Assembly (NCBI GenBank): GCA_937892945.1
Contig: CALBIL010000096.1
Coordinates: forward strand, 52,489 to 116,488
Source of the DNA: an uncultured euryarchaeote
Lineage (GTDB): Archaea > Thermoplasmatota > Poseidoniia > Poseidoniales > Poseidoniaceae
Reading direction: 5' to 3'
DNA: 64,000 nucleotides
Below the pieces are notes generated by a model, which was given only the letters and a program-made list of their open reading frames with translations, was not told where the DNA came from and made no database searches. Made by a program: the position numbers and the translations under genes. Below, in pieces: positions 8,802-17,589 of the stretch (positions within the stretch are counted from its first letter, which is position 1; each line of letters begins with the position of its first letter).

Positions 8802-11800
8802 TTACTGTTTCGTATCAAGATATTGCTGGCCATAGTATTGCCATTGTTCACTCGTCCAATCAGGGGGTAGTCCTTCTGGCGGCAATTTGGGGCCTTCTGG
8901 GGGAGTCTCAATCTCAACAAGTAATTTTTCATGGTGAGTGGTACTTGAGTTCGAGTCGATCGATACTGGAGGGCCAATCTTACTCGATGGTAATCCGTTG
9001 TTTGTTTGATTCAATGGTTCTTCTCTTTGTTCGTACACCTGAGGTTCTGTTTCTCGGCGCTTCTTCAAAAGAAGTGTCAAAAGGAGGGTTACAAAAAGAA
9101 TTCCAGCAATTGAAGAAGCGATGACTTCAGTAGTCATTTGGAAACCTTCAGTTTCAGTACTACTGAATTGGAAAGTACGACTGTCGGACCAACTGAGGGC
9201 GCCATCGAGCGATTCAATTGTAACACTTACTTCTCCACTCTGTTCTCCTCCAATCCGGTGCAATTCACACATCATATCGGTATATTTAGCAACCATATGA
9301 CCTGCCCCGTGTTCGAGTTCTTGTCCGGATTGGTTTACTAACACACCTTGACATACTGTTTGCCATTGTTCAGGTTGTTCAACTGTGATCAAATACCGTT
9401 CAACTTGTGTTGATGATGTAGTAATGTTGATCCAGAAGGGAGCTGGAATACCTGTCGTGAATATTTGCTCTGATTGAAGACTCATTTCTGCTTCCATCAC
9501 CCGTTGTTTATCTACAAGAATCAGGATGTCGTGGTGTAATTCATAGGGTTTCAATTCAAAATCCTCCCCCGCTTGAACATCATACGAAACTACAATTCTG
9601 GTGTTGAGTGGCATATCATCGGGAATGATCAGGTCAACAGTTACGACCATCTCTTGACCAGCAGCCATTGTCAACTGATTATATTGATCAAGAGTTCCAA
9701 TATTGAGGAATGCAATTACATTCTGATTCGGTGGTGAGGTGGATACTGAGGCCATAACCATGAAATTATTATCCCCCGCATTTCCTATGTTTTTGACGGT
9801 GATGTTTACAGTTGCAAGACCACCTACACTCGCAGTGGTTTCACTTTGATTGGTAATTAAAATCGGTTTTCGTATAGATGCCGTAATTGAATCAAAGGAA
9901 ATACTGTTATCACTGATGTCGAGGTCAGTAAGTCCATCACTGTTTGATACAAAGAATACAATTGTATTAATTTCACTTGCTTTTTCAGTACTGGGTAACA
10001 GAATCCATACTTCGATGATTGCCATGTCTTCAGCGTCATAGGGTGCCGATAACTCGATTGGTCCTGTATGGTTTGAGTCATTGATTCTCAACCACCAATC
10101 CCATTCATCAGGTATTGTTGAACTCGTGAGTACGGCCGATACATGACCATTCCCATTATTCTCGAGCTCTAAGAGAACCATTGTAGGCACACCTGGTGTC
10201 AATTTACGCGGTGCATCGAGAAGTCTTAATTCGAGGTCACTCACGGTATTTACAACGATTCCATCAAAAGGAATTCCTTGATATTCCATTCCGCTTCTTG
10301 TTGAGGCGATGACGGGAGTGATTGTAGGTGCATTATCTCCTGCTTGCCCTGTCATAGGTGCTGTAATATCGACCTTGAAGGAGGTGGAAGACCAACTGTT
10401 GATTACAGCAATGTTCAATGTTGGTTGTTCAATTATCCATTGACCTGCAGGTGAATGAAGTATGTCGATTGAGAAAATATCTTGCCGACTTGCATTGTTC
10501 CATATAGTGAATTCAACTGAGATTGTATTTCCTGCATCAATTATCAATTCCTGTTGCGTTTGATATTCGGATATCCCTACTGTCGCATTACTGATCATTG
10601 ATGCTGCCACATCAATATTTTGAGTATGGGTTCGAATAGAATTGTTTTGTGAAATTGCTGTCAAAGCAAAACTAAACATCGAATCCGGTATGGCATCAAG
10701 AGGTATGGTTAATGAAAAATCAATCATTACGGGTGTGTCAGTACGCACGAGTACACTCGAACTTTGAGTCCAAGCCAAATTTATATCCCAATTTGCGGGC
10801 AGTGCTGACGTGTCGATTGACAAATCAAAAACATCTGTAGCATCACCTAAATTCTGAATCTCAATAGAAAAAGGGCATGTACTTCCAGGAGGGCATGAAG
10901 GCGGAACTTCAGGTTTGACGATGTAGGGCTCTCGGTCAGGTATGACTTGGAATTGCATTGGTAAGGTCGTGTTAACATCTGCATATTGGCTTGAGATGCC
11001 TTTGAATGACATCTGCTGAAATCCAGTCGTAGCATTTTGGTCTGGCTGGATTTTTATATCAATGTATTTCGATTCACCAGGTGCTAATAATACTCCCGTT
11101 TGAGTATTGATGGAGACTCCACTCGTGTGTGCGAAATAGATATCCCAGTCAGCAGGTAGGCCGGTGACTCCAGGTAATACAGAATCTGAAATATTCCCAT
11201 CATTGGTAACTTCCACTCTCACAACCCCCCATTGGCCAGCAACTGAACCAACAGTGGAAATGCCATTTGAGGAGAGTGCATATTCATCTTGGCGTACCTT
11301 TTGGTCATACACAAAGACAAGTTCATCAATGTAATAGCCAATATCGGTACCTGATGCATCAGATTCAAACAAGAAACGAAATTGCGTTTGACTGTGAAAA
11401 TGCTCTTGTGGCACTGGGATGAGGGGCGAAGTCGCACCACCGTTGCTAACTGAAAATGTTTGATAATCTTGACCGTCGGCAAAATTCTGGTCAATGGTAT
11501 TGCTGATGCTGCCTAATTGAAACCATCCACCCAATGCCGTAAGAACTTCAATTTTCAATACATCTCCAGACGCACCACTTCCTGTGTAATAGAAACTCAA
11601 ACCATTCGTACGCGTTGGGTTTGATACTGCATTCGACATATCCATAACTGGAGTCACCAATGAGGTGACAAGATTGTTGGTGTAACTCGAAAACTGACCA
11701 TTCCCTACATGGCAACTGCTCCCCATTGAAAGAGATGTATCAGTACTGAGGCCCCATTGGGTGCCTTGAGTCCAACCAACCATCGCATCGCAATTAAAGT

Positions 11801-12356
11801 ACATGCTCGCAACGGTAAAACTGCCGGATTGTACATCATTTTGGGGGTTATCGTCGAGTACAGTTGAAGTGGCACGAATGACCAATGTATGGTTGCCTGC
11901 ATAGGTGGGCGTTATGGTCTTTGAAACGGAATTGGAATTTCCTCCACTTAATGCCCCTAATTGCATCGTCTCGTTAATCATTTCAAACAAAGCATATTCA
12001 TTGTGAAGAACTTTAATATTTACATCGATTGTTCCAGAGGATAGTGTTCCAAGGTTTTCAATCATAATTTCAAGTTGTATTGGGACATCAATGACAGCAT
12101 CCACTACATAGAGCATTGCAGGTCTGTTAAATCCTGGAACTGGATAGTTCGATGAAAACATTCGGTATTGTTCTTCATCACTTGCAGTGGTGTAAGAGAA
12201 TGAAACGTCAGTGACCGTGACGTCAACGCCTGATGCACGGCCAGATGATTGGATGAGAGTACTCCTTTGCATTTCTCCCCCATGCCAAGTTGGCATACTG
12301 CTCCCCAGTAAGAGCGAGAGGAAGATGAATGCTACGAACTTCTGCATGACGCTCAT
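8802..12356 (-). CDS. giant cell-surface protein with signal peptide, repeated CARDB/NEW3-like beta domains, C-terminal TM anchor and Pro-rich cytoplasmic tail
   Basis: Starting at ATG 12356 gives a signal-like MSVMQKFVAFIFLSLLLGSS. Recurrent N-x-G-x-x-x-D segments (ENLGTLSSG, TNDGNISDS, QNLGDATDV, ENNGNGHVS, KNIGNAGDN). TM span IAGILFVTLLLTLLL followed by KKRR. I trimmed the track ORF start 12491 because it overlaps the upstream gene. Confidence 0.75.
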   Translation of the reverse strand: MSVMQKFVAFIFLSLLLGSSMPTWHGGEMQRSTLIQSSGRASGVDVTVTDVSFSYTTASDEEQYRMFSSNYPVPGFNRPAMLYVVDAVIDVPIQLEIMIENLGTLSSGTIDVNIKVLHNEYALFEMINETMQLGALSGGNSNSVSKTITPTYAGNHTLVIRATSTVLDDNPQNDVQSGSFTVASMYFNCDAMVGWTQGTQWGLSTDTSLSMGSSCHVGNGQFSSYTNNLVTSLVTPVMDMSNAVSNPTRTNGLSFYYTGSGASGDVLKIEVLTALGGWFQLGSISNTIDQNFADGQDYQTFSVSNGGATSPLIPVPQEHFHSQTQFRFLFESDASGTDIGYYIDELVFVYDQKVRQDEYALSSNGISTVGSVAGQWGVVRVEVTNDGNISDSVLPGVTGLPADWDIYFAHTSGVSINTQTGVLLAPGESKYIDIKIQPDQNATTGFQQMSFKGISSQYADVNTTLPMQFQVIPDREPYIVKPEVPPSCPPGSTCPFSIEIQNLGDATDVFDLSIDTSALPANWDINLAWTQSSSVLVRTDTPVMIDFSLTIPLDAIPDSMFSFALTAISQNNSIRTHTQNIDVAASMISNATVGISEYQTQQELIIDAGNTISVEFTIWNNASRQDIFSIDILHSPAGQWIIEQPTLNIAVINSWSSTSFKVDITAPMTGQAGDNAPTITPVIASTRSGMEYQGIPFDGIVVNTVSDLELRLLDAPRKLTPGVPTMVLLELENNGNGHVSAVLTSSTIPDEWDWWLRINDSNHTGPIELSAPYDAEDMAIIEVWILLPSTEKASEINTIVFFVSNSDGLTDLDISDNSISFDSITASIRKPILITNQSETTASVGGLATVNITVKNIGNAGDNNFMVMASVSTSPPNQNVIAFLNIGTLDQYNQLTMAAGQEMVVTVDLIIPDDMPLNTRIVVSYDVQAGEDFELKPYELHHDILILVDKQRVMEAEMSLQSEQIFTTGIPAPFWINITTSSTQVERYLITVEQPEQWQTVCQGVLVNQSGQELEHGAGHMVAKYTDMMCELHRIGGEQSGEVSVTIESLDGALSWSDSRTFQFSSTETEGFQMTTEVIASSIAGILFVTLLLTLLLKKRRETEPQVYEQREEPLNQTNNGLPSSKIGPPVSIDSNSSTTHHEKLLVEIETPPEGPKLPPEGLPPDWTSEQWQYYGQQYLDTKQ

Positions 12357-12405
12357 TGCATCACATGTCTTCAATATATATGAGTCAATTGGGGAAAAAG
12401 GGACA

Positions 12406-13224
12406 TTAAGATTTTTCAATTGATGCTTTGACTTGATTTTCAGAATCTTGTAATTTAACTTGATCTTTCTTTTCTTTTGCTTTTGCAGCAAAATAAACCG
12501 TGAATGATGGAATTAATACCATGGAGAAACATCCAACCACTGCTGCAAGTGCCCAAAAGAATTCAGTTGCAGCGTCTACTGAAAAGACTTTGATGGAATC
12601 AAACTCTTCATTTACACTGAGCATTTCAATCTCTGGAGAAGTTTGTCGGTCTCCCTCTTCGACAATTTCAACACGTAATAAAGACGGACTGTGTTCATAG
12701 GCAATCAAATCTTTTGCTTTGGAAGTTGCTTCAATGAGGTCTGAACCATATACTGTACCGTTATTTCTTCGTGCAGGGTCATAAGATGTCAGGGCATGAA
12801 TGACAACGGTACCACCTGTAGGCGATTCGACTTCATGGGTGGATTTTTTTTGGCATTGCTCTGCACAGCTAAACGCTTGGTCGGATTCAATACCAAGAAG
12901 TCGATGACTGTACAATCCGGCTGAATTAATCAATCTCACTTTAGCATTCGACGAAAGTTCGAGAGCAGAAAGATGTACCCATGTGAGATTCGAACTGTTT
13001 GCAGGTATATCCCAAGACCATGTCGTAATGTTCGATGATTCTTGATAGATGCGAATTGGTTCACCAATTACATGCTCAGTTTCGGTTGTTTCAGTCGTGT
13101 AGAGATAGTACGAAGGGGAGACTGTTGCCCCATAGACAGCGTACGAGAGTAAAACTATGAGTGTCACAGACAACCCAAGTAATGTACGCAAAAGGTTCGG
13201 ATTCTGTGCCAAAGCCTTCTTCAT
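12406..13224 (-). CDS. bitopic/hairpin membrane protein with extracellular domain and several N-x-S/T sequons
   Basis: ATG 13224 gives MKKALAQNPNLLRTLLGLSVTLIVLLSYAVYG (N-terminal TM). A second TM, FFWALAAVVGCFSMVLIPSFTVYF, lies near the C-terminus. The track start 13236 is TTG. Confidence 0.6.
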   Translation of the reverse strand: MKKALAQNPNLLRTLLGLSVTLIVLLSYAVYGATVSPSYYLYTTETTETEHVIGEPIRIYQESSNITTWSWDIPANSSNLTWVHLSALELSSNAKVRLINSAGLYSHRLLGIESDQAFSCAEQCQKKSTHEVESPTGGTVVIHALTSYDPARRNNGTVYGSDLIEATSKAKDLIAYEHSPSLLRVEIVEEGDRQTSPEIEMLSVNEEFDSIKVFSVDAATEFFWALAAVVGCFSMVLIPSFTVYFAAKAKEKKDQVKLQDSENQVKASIEKS

Positions 13225-13371
13225 TATCCCTGCCAAGCGCCCCTCTGTCTTGAACCCTTGTCAATGCCCTTTTTCGCACAACGGAAGGAGGCTGAGATGT
13301 ATTCGGCGGTGCGTTTTAGCCGTTCTCTTCATATAGGGGAGTTCGGTCGGCAAATTGCTCGGTGTCTTATC

Positions 13372-13866
13372 ATGACGACTCTATACGATATACCCGCTGA
13401 AATCCTTAACCCAGCTCTTGCAGCGCGACTCGAAGAAACAAAGAGTGTTTCTACCCCTGAATGGGCTGAATTCGTCAAAACTGGAGTCGACCGAGAACGC
13501 CCTCCGTCTCAAGAAAACTGGTGGTTCCTCCGATCTGCAGCCATTCTACGCAAGGTTTCTCGTGACGGGCCAATCGGTGTAACTCATTTGGCTCAAGCAT
13601 TCGGTGGGCGAAAGGATAACGGTGCAAGCCCAAATACCCCTGGTGTTGCATCACGACACATCATCCGTACTGCTCTCCAACAACTCGAGACTTCAGGTTT
13701 AGTCGAGAAAGTTGCTGGCCGTATCGTCGATGATGAAAATGGCGATTCACTCCAACTCTTCAAAGGCCGTCGCATTACTGCTGCCGGCCACAAAATGATT
13801 GACAACGTTGCACATGAATGCCGCCCAATCGCTGAAGAACAATATCCAGGACTCTCTAAGTACTGA
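13372..13866 (+). CDS. rps19e: 30S ribosomal protein S19e
   Basis: TLYDIPAEILNPALAARLEE...PEWAEFVKTGVDRERPPSQENWWFLRSAAILRKV...GVASRHIIRTALQQLE. I trimmed the TTG 13258 start to ATG 13372. The TATA-like TCATATAGG lies about 40 nt upstream. Confidence 0.9.
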   Translation: MTTLYDIPAEILNPALAARLEETKSVSTPEWAEFVKTGVDRERPPSQENWWFLRSAAILRKVSRDGPIGVTHLAQAFGGRKDNGASPNTPGVASRHIIRTALQQLETSGLVEKVAGRIVDDENGDSLQLFKGRRITAAGHKMIDNVAHECRPIAEEQYPGLSKY

Positions 13867-13889
13867 AGGACGTGAATAAGGTGACAAGC

Positions 13890-14249
13890 ATGGTTTCGAC
13901 TCAAGACAATGAGTTGAATCAACTTCGTGAACAACGTCGCATGGCTCTTCAACAACAACTCGAACAGCAAGCTTCTCAACAAGCCAATGCTGAAGTTCAA
14001 GCACAAGAAGCACAACTAGCTTCTCAAAACCTTGACGCCGCAATGAAAAATCTGGTTTCCCCCGAAGCCCGATCTCGTATTTCTGCAATCGCGCTTGCAA
14101 CACCAGAGCGTGCTGAAATGATTAAACAAACGATCGTTCAACTTCACAGTCAAGGTAAGTTGAATTCAATAATGAATGATGAGCAATTGAAACAATTGCT
14201 CCAATCCCAATCGAAGAGCCGCCGTAGTGCGTCCATCCGAAGAATCTGA
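13890..14249 (+). CDS. DNA-binding protein, PDCD5/TFAR19 homologue (archaeal COG2118 type)
   Basis: Q-rich helical N-terminus, then [44 protein letters not shown] sits 5 nt upstream of ATG 13890. This is the usual position after S19e in archaeal operons. Confidence 0.8.
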   Translation: MVSTQDNELNQLREQRRMALQQQLEQQASQQANAEVQAQEAQLASQNLDAAMKNLVSPEARSRISAIALATPERAEMIKQTIVQLHSQGKLNSIMNDEQLKQLLQSQSKSRRSASIRRI

Positions 14250-14263
14250 GAAGGTGCTCGAAC

Positions 14264-14419
14264 ATGTCCCGAAATAAACCAGCAGCTAAGAAAATACGCC
14301 TCATGAAAGTGGGGAAGCAGAACCGACGTGTCCCCGTTTGGGTCATGTTAAAGACCGACCGAAATACTGTGTCTCACCCTAAGAGACACCACTGGCGCCG
14401 TAGTAAGCTCCAACGATGA
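14264..14419 (+). CDS. rpl39e: 50S ribosomal protein L39e (51 aa, absent from the supplied ORF track)
   Basis: My own translation is [51 protein letters not shown], with stop TGA at 14417-14419. It fills the gap between the PDCD5-like and L31e genes. Confidence 0.9.
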   Translation: MSRNKPAAKKIRLMKVGKQNRRVPVWVMLKTDRNTVSHPKRHHWRRSKLQR

Positions 14420-14429
14420 GGTGAATGAT

Positions 14430-14705
14430 ATGGTACGTGCAAATGAATCCGAATTAACTGTCCCCCTACGCAAAGCGTGGAGCATTACCCGCTACAAGCG
14501 TGCACCTCGTGCAATCCAAATCATTCGTGAACATGTGATTCATCACTTGAAAGTTCGCGAAGATGAAGAAGTTTGGATTGACCCGAGTGTCAACGAACAT
14601 ATCTGGGCCCGTGGTATCGAGAATCCACCTCGCAAGATACGCTTGCAGATAACTCGGCACGATGAACCTGATATTCCAATCGAAGTCAAATTATTTGAGG
14701 AGTGA
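14430..14705 (+). CDS. rpl31e: 50S ribosomal protein L31e
   Basis: [31 protein letters not shown]...[24 protein letters not shown] sits 5 nt upstream of ATG 14430. The GTG at 14421 is an alternative start. Confidence 0.9.
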   Translation: MVRANESELTVPLRKAWSITRYKRAPRAIQIIREHVIHHLKVREDEEVWIDPSVNEHIWARGIENPPRKIRLQITRHDEPDIPIEVKLFEE

Positions 14706-14710
14706 ATCAT

Positions 14711-14902
14711 ATGGGAAATATCCGACCAAGTTTTATCAAAATCCGAGCCATCCATCTAGTGGAAGATCATGGTGAGAAATTCACCGCAGATTTCGATCAC
14801 AACAAGAAGATGGTTCAAGAACTCACTGACGTTGAATCGAAAAAATTACGCAACTGGATTGCTGGCTACGTCACAACCTACCGTAAGCGTAGAGTCGACT
14901 GA
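14711..14902 (+). CDS. rps17e: 30S ribosomal protein S17e
   Basis: [38 protein letters not shown]...[13 protein letters not shown]. Confidence 0.9.
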   Translation: MGNIRPSFIKIRAIHLVEDHGEKFTADFDHNKKMVQELTDVESKKLRNWIAGYVTTYRKRRVD

Positions 14903-14915
14903 TTGAGGCGATGAA

Positions 14916-15149
14916 GTGACTGTGCGCGTCAATTGGGACCGCACTCCCGTTTCAGTTCATCATGAGCAGCAAGTAGTTCTTGAATACCTAGTGCTCCATT
15001 TACGAAATAAATACGGGGTACGAAAACGTTCACTCGTGATGGAGGACCGTGATGAAGGCGGATACCTTTTTTTTATCTATCAGCCGTGTAATCCTCGTTG
15101 GATTATAGAATTCGATGAACTCAATATCGAAACGAAGGAGGATGAGTGA
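14916..15149 (+). CDS. hypothetical 77-aa protein inside the ribosomal-protein/trmJ operon
   Basis: GTG start with GAGG 7 nt upstream. Its stop overlaps the start region of the next gene. I recognise no motif. Confidence 0.45.
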   Translation: MTVRVNWDRTPVSVHHEQQVVLEYLVLHLRNKYGVRKRSLVMEDRDEGGYLFFIYQPCNPRWIIEFDELNIETKEDE

Positions 15150-15151
15150 AC

Positions 15152-15991
15152 ATGGGCGATCGACTAACTCTCCCACTTCCTCGTCGGAATTATTCTTTGC
15201 ACATTATTTTGGTTGGAGCGTCTCATCCTGGCAACCTTGGTGCAGTGTGTAGAACAATGCTGAATTATGGCTTTGATTCACTCCGTCTTGTTTCACCTAC
15301 TTGCTCTCCTGATGATATTGAGGCTAGGAACCGAGCAAAGCACGCTGGGCGAATCCTCGATAAGTGTCAAGTCTTCGATACGCTTGAAGCAGCAACAATC
15401 GATTGTAGTTTGACAATTGGAACTTCAGGCAAGCGTGAGATTGGTGCCAAAACGACTTTTCGGCATTTCACTTATCCGTGGGAAATGGCAGAACGTTTGG
15501 ATACATTTACAGAATCCGTATCTCTTGTATTTGGTGAAGAAGGAAAGGGACTCTCTACAGAGTCACTTGCACTCTGTGATTTCTTGGTGACATTGCCAAC
15601 ATGGGAAGGTTATCCAATAGCCAATTTATCTCATGCAGTGAATGCGTGCGTCTATGAATTACATCGCTCAACTGTACAATCCACGCAGGGTTCGAATCCT
15701 GGCATCCCTGATATCGTTCCACTCGAACGAAGTATGAATCCTACATTGAAGAGCATTCTCCATCAAGGGATTTTTGAATTTGGCCAAGTCTTACCAGGCA
15801 ATGATGAGCGAAGAGAAAGTTTTTCTCATAATTTGAGGCGGAATCTAATGCGTTCCATGCCCACAGACGACGAGGCTACGCGACTTATAGGTGGTATTCT
15901 TGATGCAACAACTGCCCTTCAATATGTGGCTGGTAATGCTGAATGGAAAAGCGAACGCCGAAGGAAGATTACCCGTAATGAAGAAGAGTGA
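15152..15991 (+). CDS. trmJ: SPOUT (SpoU/TrmH-family) tRNA 2'-O-methyltransferase, TrmJ-like
   Basis: HIILVGASHPGNLGAVCRTMLNYGF, LVFGEEGKGLS and YPIANLSHAVNACVYEL are SPOUT motifs 1-3, followed by a C-terminal extension as in TrmJ. GGAGG lies upstream. The start is ATG 15152 or GTG 15146. Confidence 0.8.
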   Translation: MGDRLTLPLPRRNYSLHIILVGASHPGNLGAVCRTMLNYGFDSLRLVSPTCSPDDIEARNRAKHAGRILDKCQVFDTLEAATIDCSLTIGTSGKREIGAKTTFRHFTYPWEMAERLDTFTESVSLVFGEEGKGLSTESLALCDFLVTLPTWEGYPIANLSHAVNACVYELHRSTVQSTQGSNPGIPDIVPLERSMNPTLKSILHQGIFEFGQVLPGNDERRESFSHNLRRNLMRSMPTDDEATRLIGGILDATTALQYVAGNAEWKSERRRKITRNEEE

Positions 15992-16441
15992 TCAAGGAAT
16001 CCAAGATGCAATGCTCTTCGGAGTCTCACGTACATGCATGGCGATGAGTTTCAATCGATTTCCGTAGGCTGTTGAAATATGAGGCTGCACCTGTTCAAAT
16101 GCCCACTTTGCGAGATTCTCTGCCGTAGGAATAAACGGTACCACGACCGTTCGATGCCCTTCACCCATTGCATCACAAGCCTTTCTTGCTTCTGAATCTC
16201 CTTCATACACTACAAATGCGTGATCGACGACGTCATGGACATGTTCCATGAGTATGGCACTCACATCGGAAAAATCCATCAACATTCCTTCCTCGCTCAC
16301 TCCAGGTTCTTGGACTGTATCTCCTTCGATTTCTGCTTCAAATCGGTAACGATGTCCATGCATATGCCGACATTTACTTTTGTGGTTTGGAACTCGATGT
16401 CCTGTGTCAGTTTCTACAAATCGTCGTATACGTGTGGTCAT
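15992..16441 (-). CDS. queD: 6-carboxy-5,6,7,8-tetrahydropterin synthase
   Basis: GHRVPNHKSKCRHMHGHRYRFE zinc/catalytic motif of the PTPS/QueD family. ATGA overlap with the queC stop. Confidence 0.9.
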   Translation of the reverse strand: MTTRIRRFVETDTGHRVPNHKSKCRHMHGHRYRFEAEIEGDTVQEPGVSEEGMLMDFSDVSAILMEHVHDVVDHAFVVYEGDSEARKACDAMGEGHRTVVVPFIPTAENLAKWAFEQVQPHISTAYGNRLKLIAMHVRETPKSIASWIP

Positions 16442-17589
16442 TCTTCCATCTCCTCAAAATCTAATGATGCTGAATTTATGCAATACCTTTGCCCACCGAA
16501 AGCACGAGGTCCATCTTCAAAGATATGGCCTAAGTGAGCATCACACTTTGAGCATTGAACCTCAACCCGATGCATTCCATGTGTGTAATCTTCGATATGT
16601 TTGATACCTGCATCTGGATGTTCGGTATGAAACGAAGGCCAACCACATCCTGAGTCGAATTTCATTGAAGAGGTAAACAAAAGATGGCCGCAACAGATGC
16701 AAAAGTAATCACCATCTCTTTTCTCATCCCAATAGATTCCAGTAAAGGCGCGTTCAGTTGCACTTTCGCGTGTGACCAAATATTGCTCTTCCGTGAGTCG
16801 TTGCCGATAGTCCTCTTCCTTGTGTGCTTTTTCAACTGTGAGAGCATTTTGGAGCACTTCTTCCCAAGACGTTTGGTATTCAACCGGGTCAGTTAGTCCT
16901 CGACTGTGGAACGCAAGAATCCGTTCGATATCAGCACCGCTCATCCCTGAACTTCGCCCCTCTTCATCGGGATTATAGGACGTGATTGTATTGGCAAACA
17001 TGATGTTGAAATCAAGGTCCAGTTGTGTACTCGATTTCTGTGCATCTGCGAGAATTGTTGCCTTATCACCTTTTACATAGGGTAAAGTGAATGATACATT
17101 TTCACTCTCCCAATTTCCAATTGTAAATGCATGTTCAAGGGCATGGTAAAACTCAGGGCGACAATCAGGATAAATCTCATGGTCTCCCGAATGGACACCG
17201 AGAGTAATTTCAACTTTACAACTTTCTCTCGTCGAAACAGATAACGCATAGCCGTACAAAATGGAGGAAAATATGGCATTACGATTTGGAACGACAGTCG
17301 ACTTCATTTGTTCAGCCTCATAATGACCTTCCGGAATATCTTCACCACCTTGAAGAAGAGAACTTTCAAACGCACCCATGGCACTTGAAAGATCTATGAT
17401 TTTATGTTCAATATCATGCCCCTTAGATTTAAGGTATTGAATATTTAATTGCGCACGTTCAATTTCAACGCTGTGTTTTTGACCGTAATTGTATGAGATA
17501 CAATCAACTTTGTATTGATCTGCTAAGAGTCTCATCAAAAGAGCTGTAGAATCCATTCCGCCTGAGAGCGCCATCACTGCTCGCTTCAT
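16438..17589 (-). CDS. queC: 7-cyano-7-deazaguanine synthase (QueC) fused to peptide methionine-(R)-sulfoxide reductase (MsrB)
   Basis: The N-terminus MKRAVMALSGGMDSTALL (PP-loop) plus VPNRN and YPDCRPEF indicates QueC. Residues of about 259-380 carry CICCG, GCGWPSF, CSKCDAHLGHIF and RYCINS, which indicates MsrB. It is a single uninterrupted 383-codon frame. Confidence 0.85.
   Translation of the reverse strand: MKRAVMALSGGMDSTALLMRLLADQYKVDCISYNYGQKHSVEIERAQLNIQYLKSKGHDIEHKIIDLSSAMGAFESSLLQGGEDIPEGHYEAEQMKSTVVPNRNAIFSSILYGYALSVSTRESCKVEITLGVHSGDHEIYPDCRPEFYHALEHAFTIGNWESENVSFTLPYVKGDKATILADAQKSSTQLDLDFNIMFANTITSYNPDEEGRSSGMSGADIERILAFHSRGLTDPVEYQTSWEEVLQNALTVEKAHKEEDYRQRLTEEQYLVTRESATERAFTGIYWDEKRDGDYFCICCGHLLFTSSMKFDSGCGWPSFHTEHPDAGIKHIEDYTHGMHRVEVQCSKCDAHLGHIFEDGPRAFGGQRYCINSASLDFEEMEE

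Noticed and set aside
8364-8977. 168-aa plus-strand ORF and the 126-aa form of the minus-strand ORF 8597-8977
   Set aside because: The first is antisense to the PqqD-like gene. The upstream two-thirds of the second overlaps the 3' end of the giant surface gene in another frame. Only the last 59 codons (from ATG 8776) sit in free space and look like a protein.
12357-12491. N-terminal extensions offered by the ORF track, here and at 13258-13371, 27642-27674, 40384-40449, 41784-41816, 42292-42435, 50762-50788, 51784-51837, 53080-53124, 54483-54530, 54547-54597 and 61735-61902
   Set aside because: I checked the start codons. Most of these are TTG or GTG, overlap the neighbouring gene or the divergent promoter, and precede an ATG with an SD or a sensible N-terminus (signal peptide or conserved family start). 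I kept them only as alternatives.
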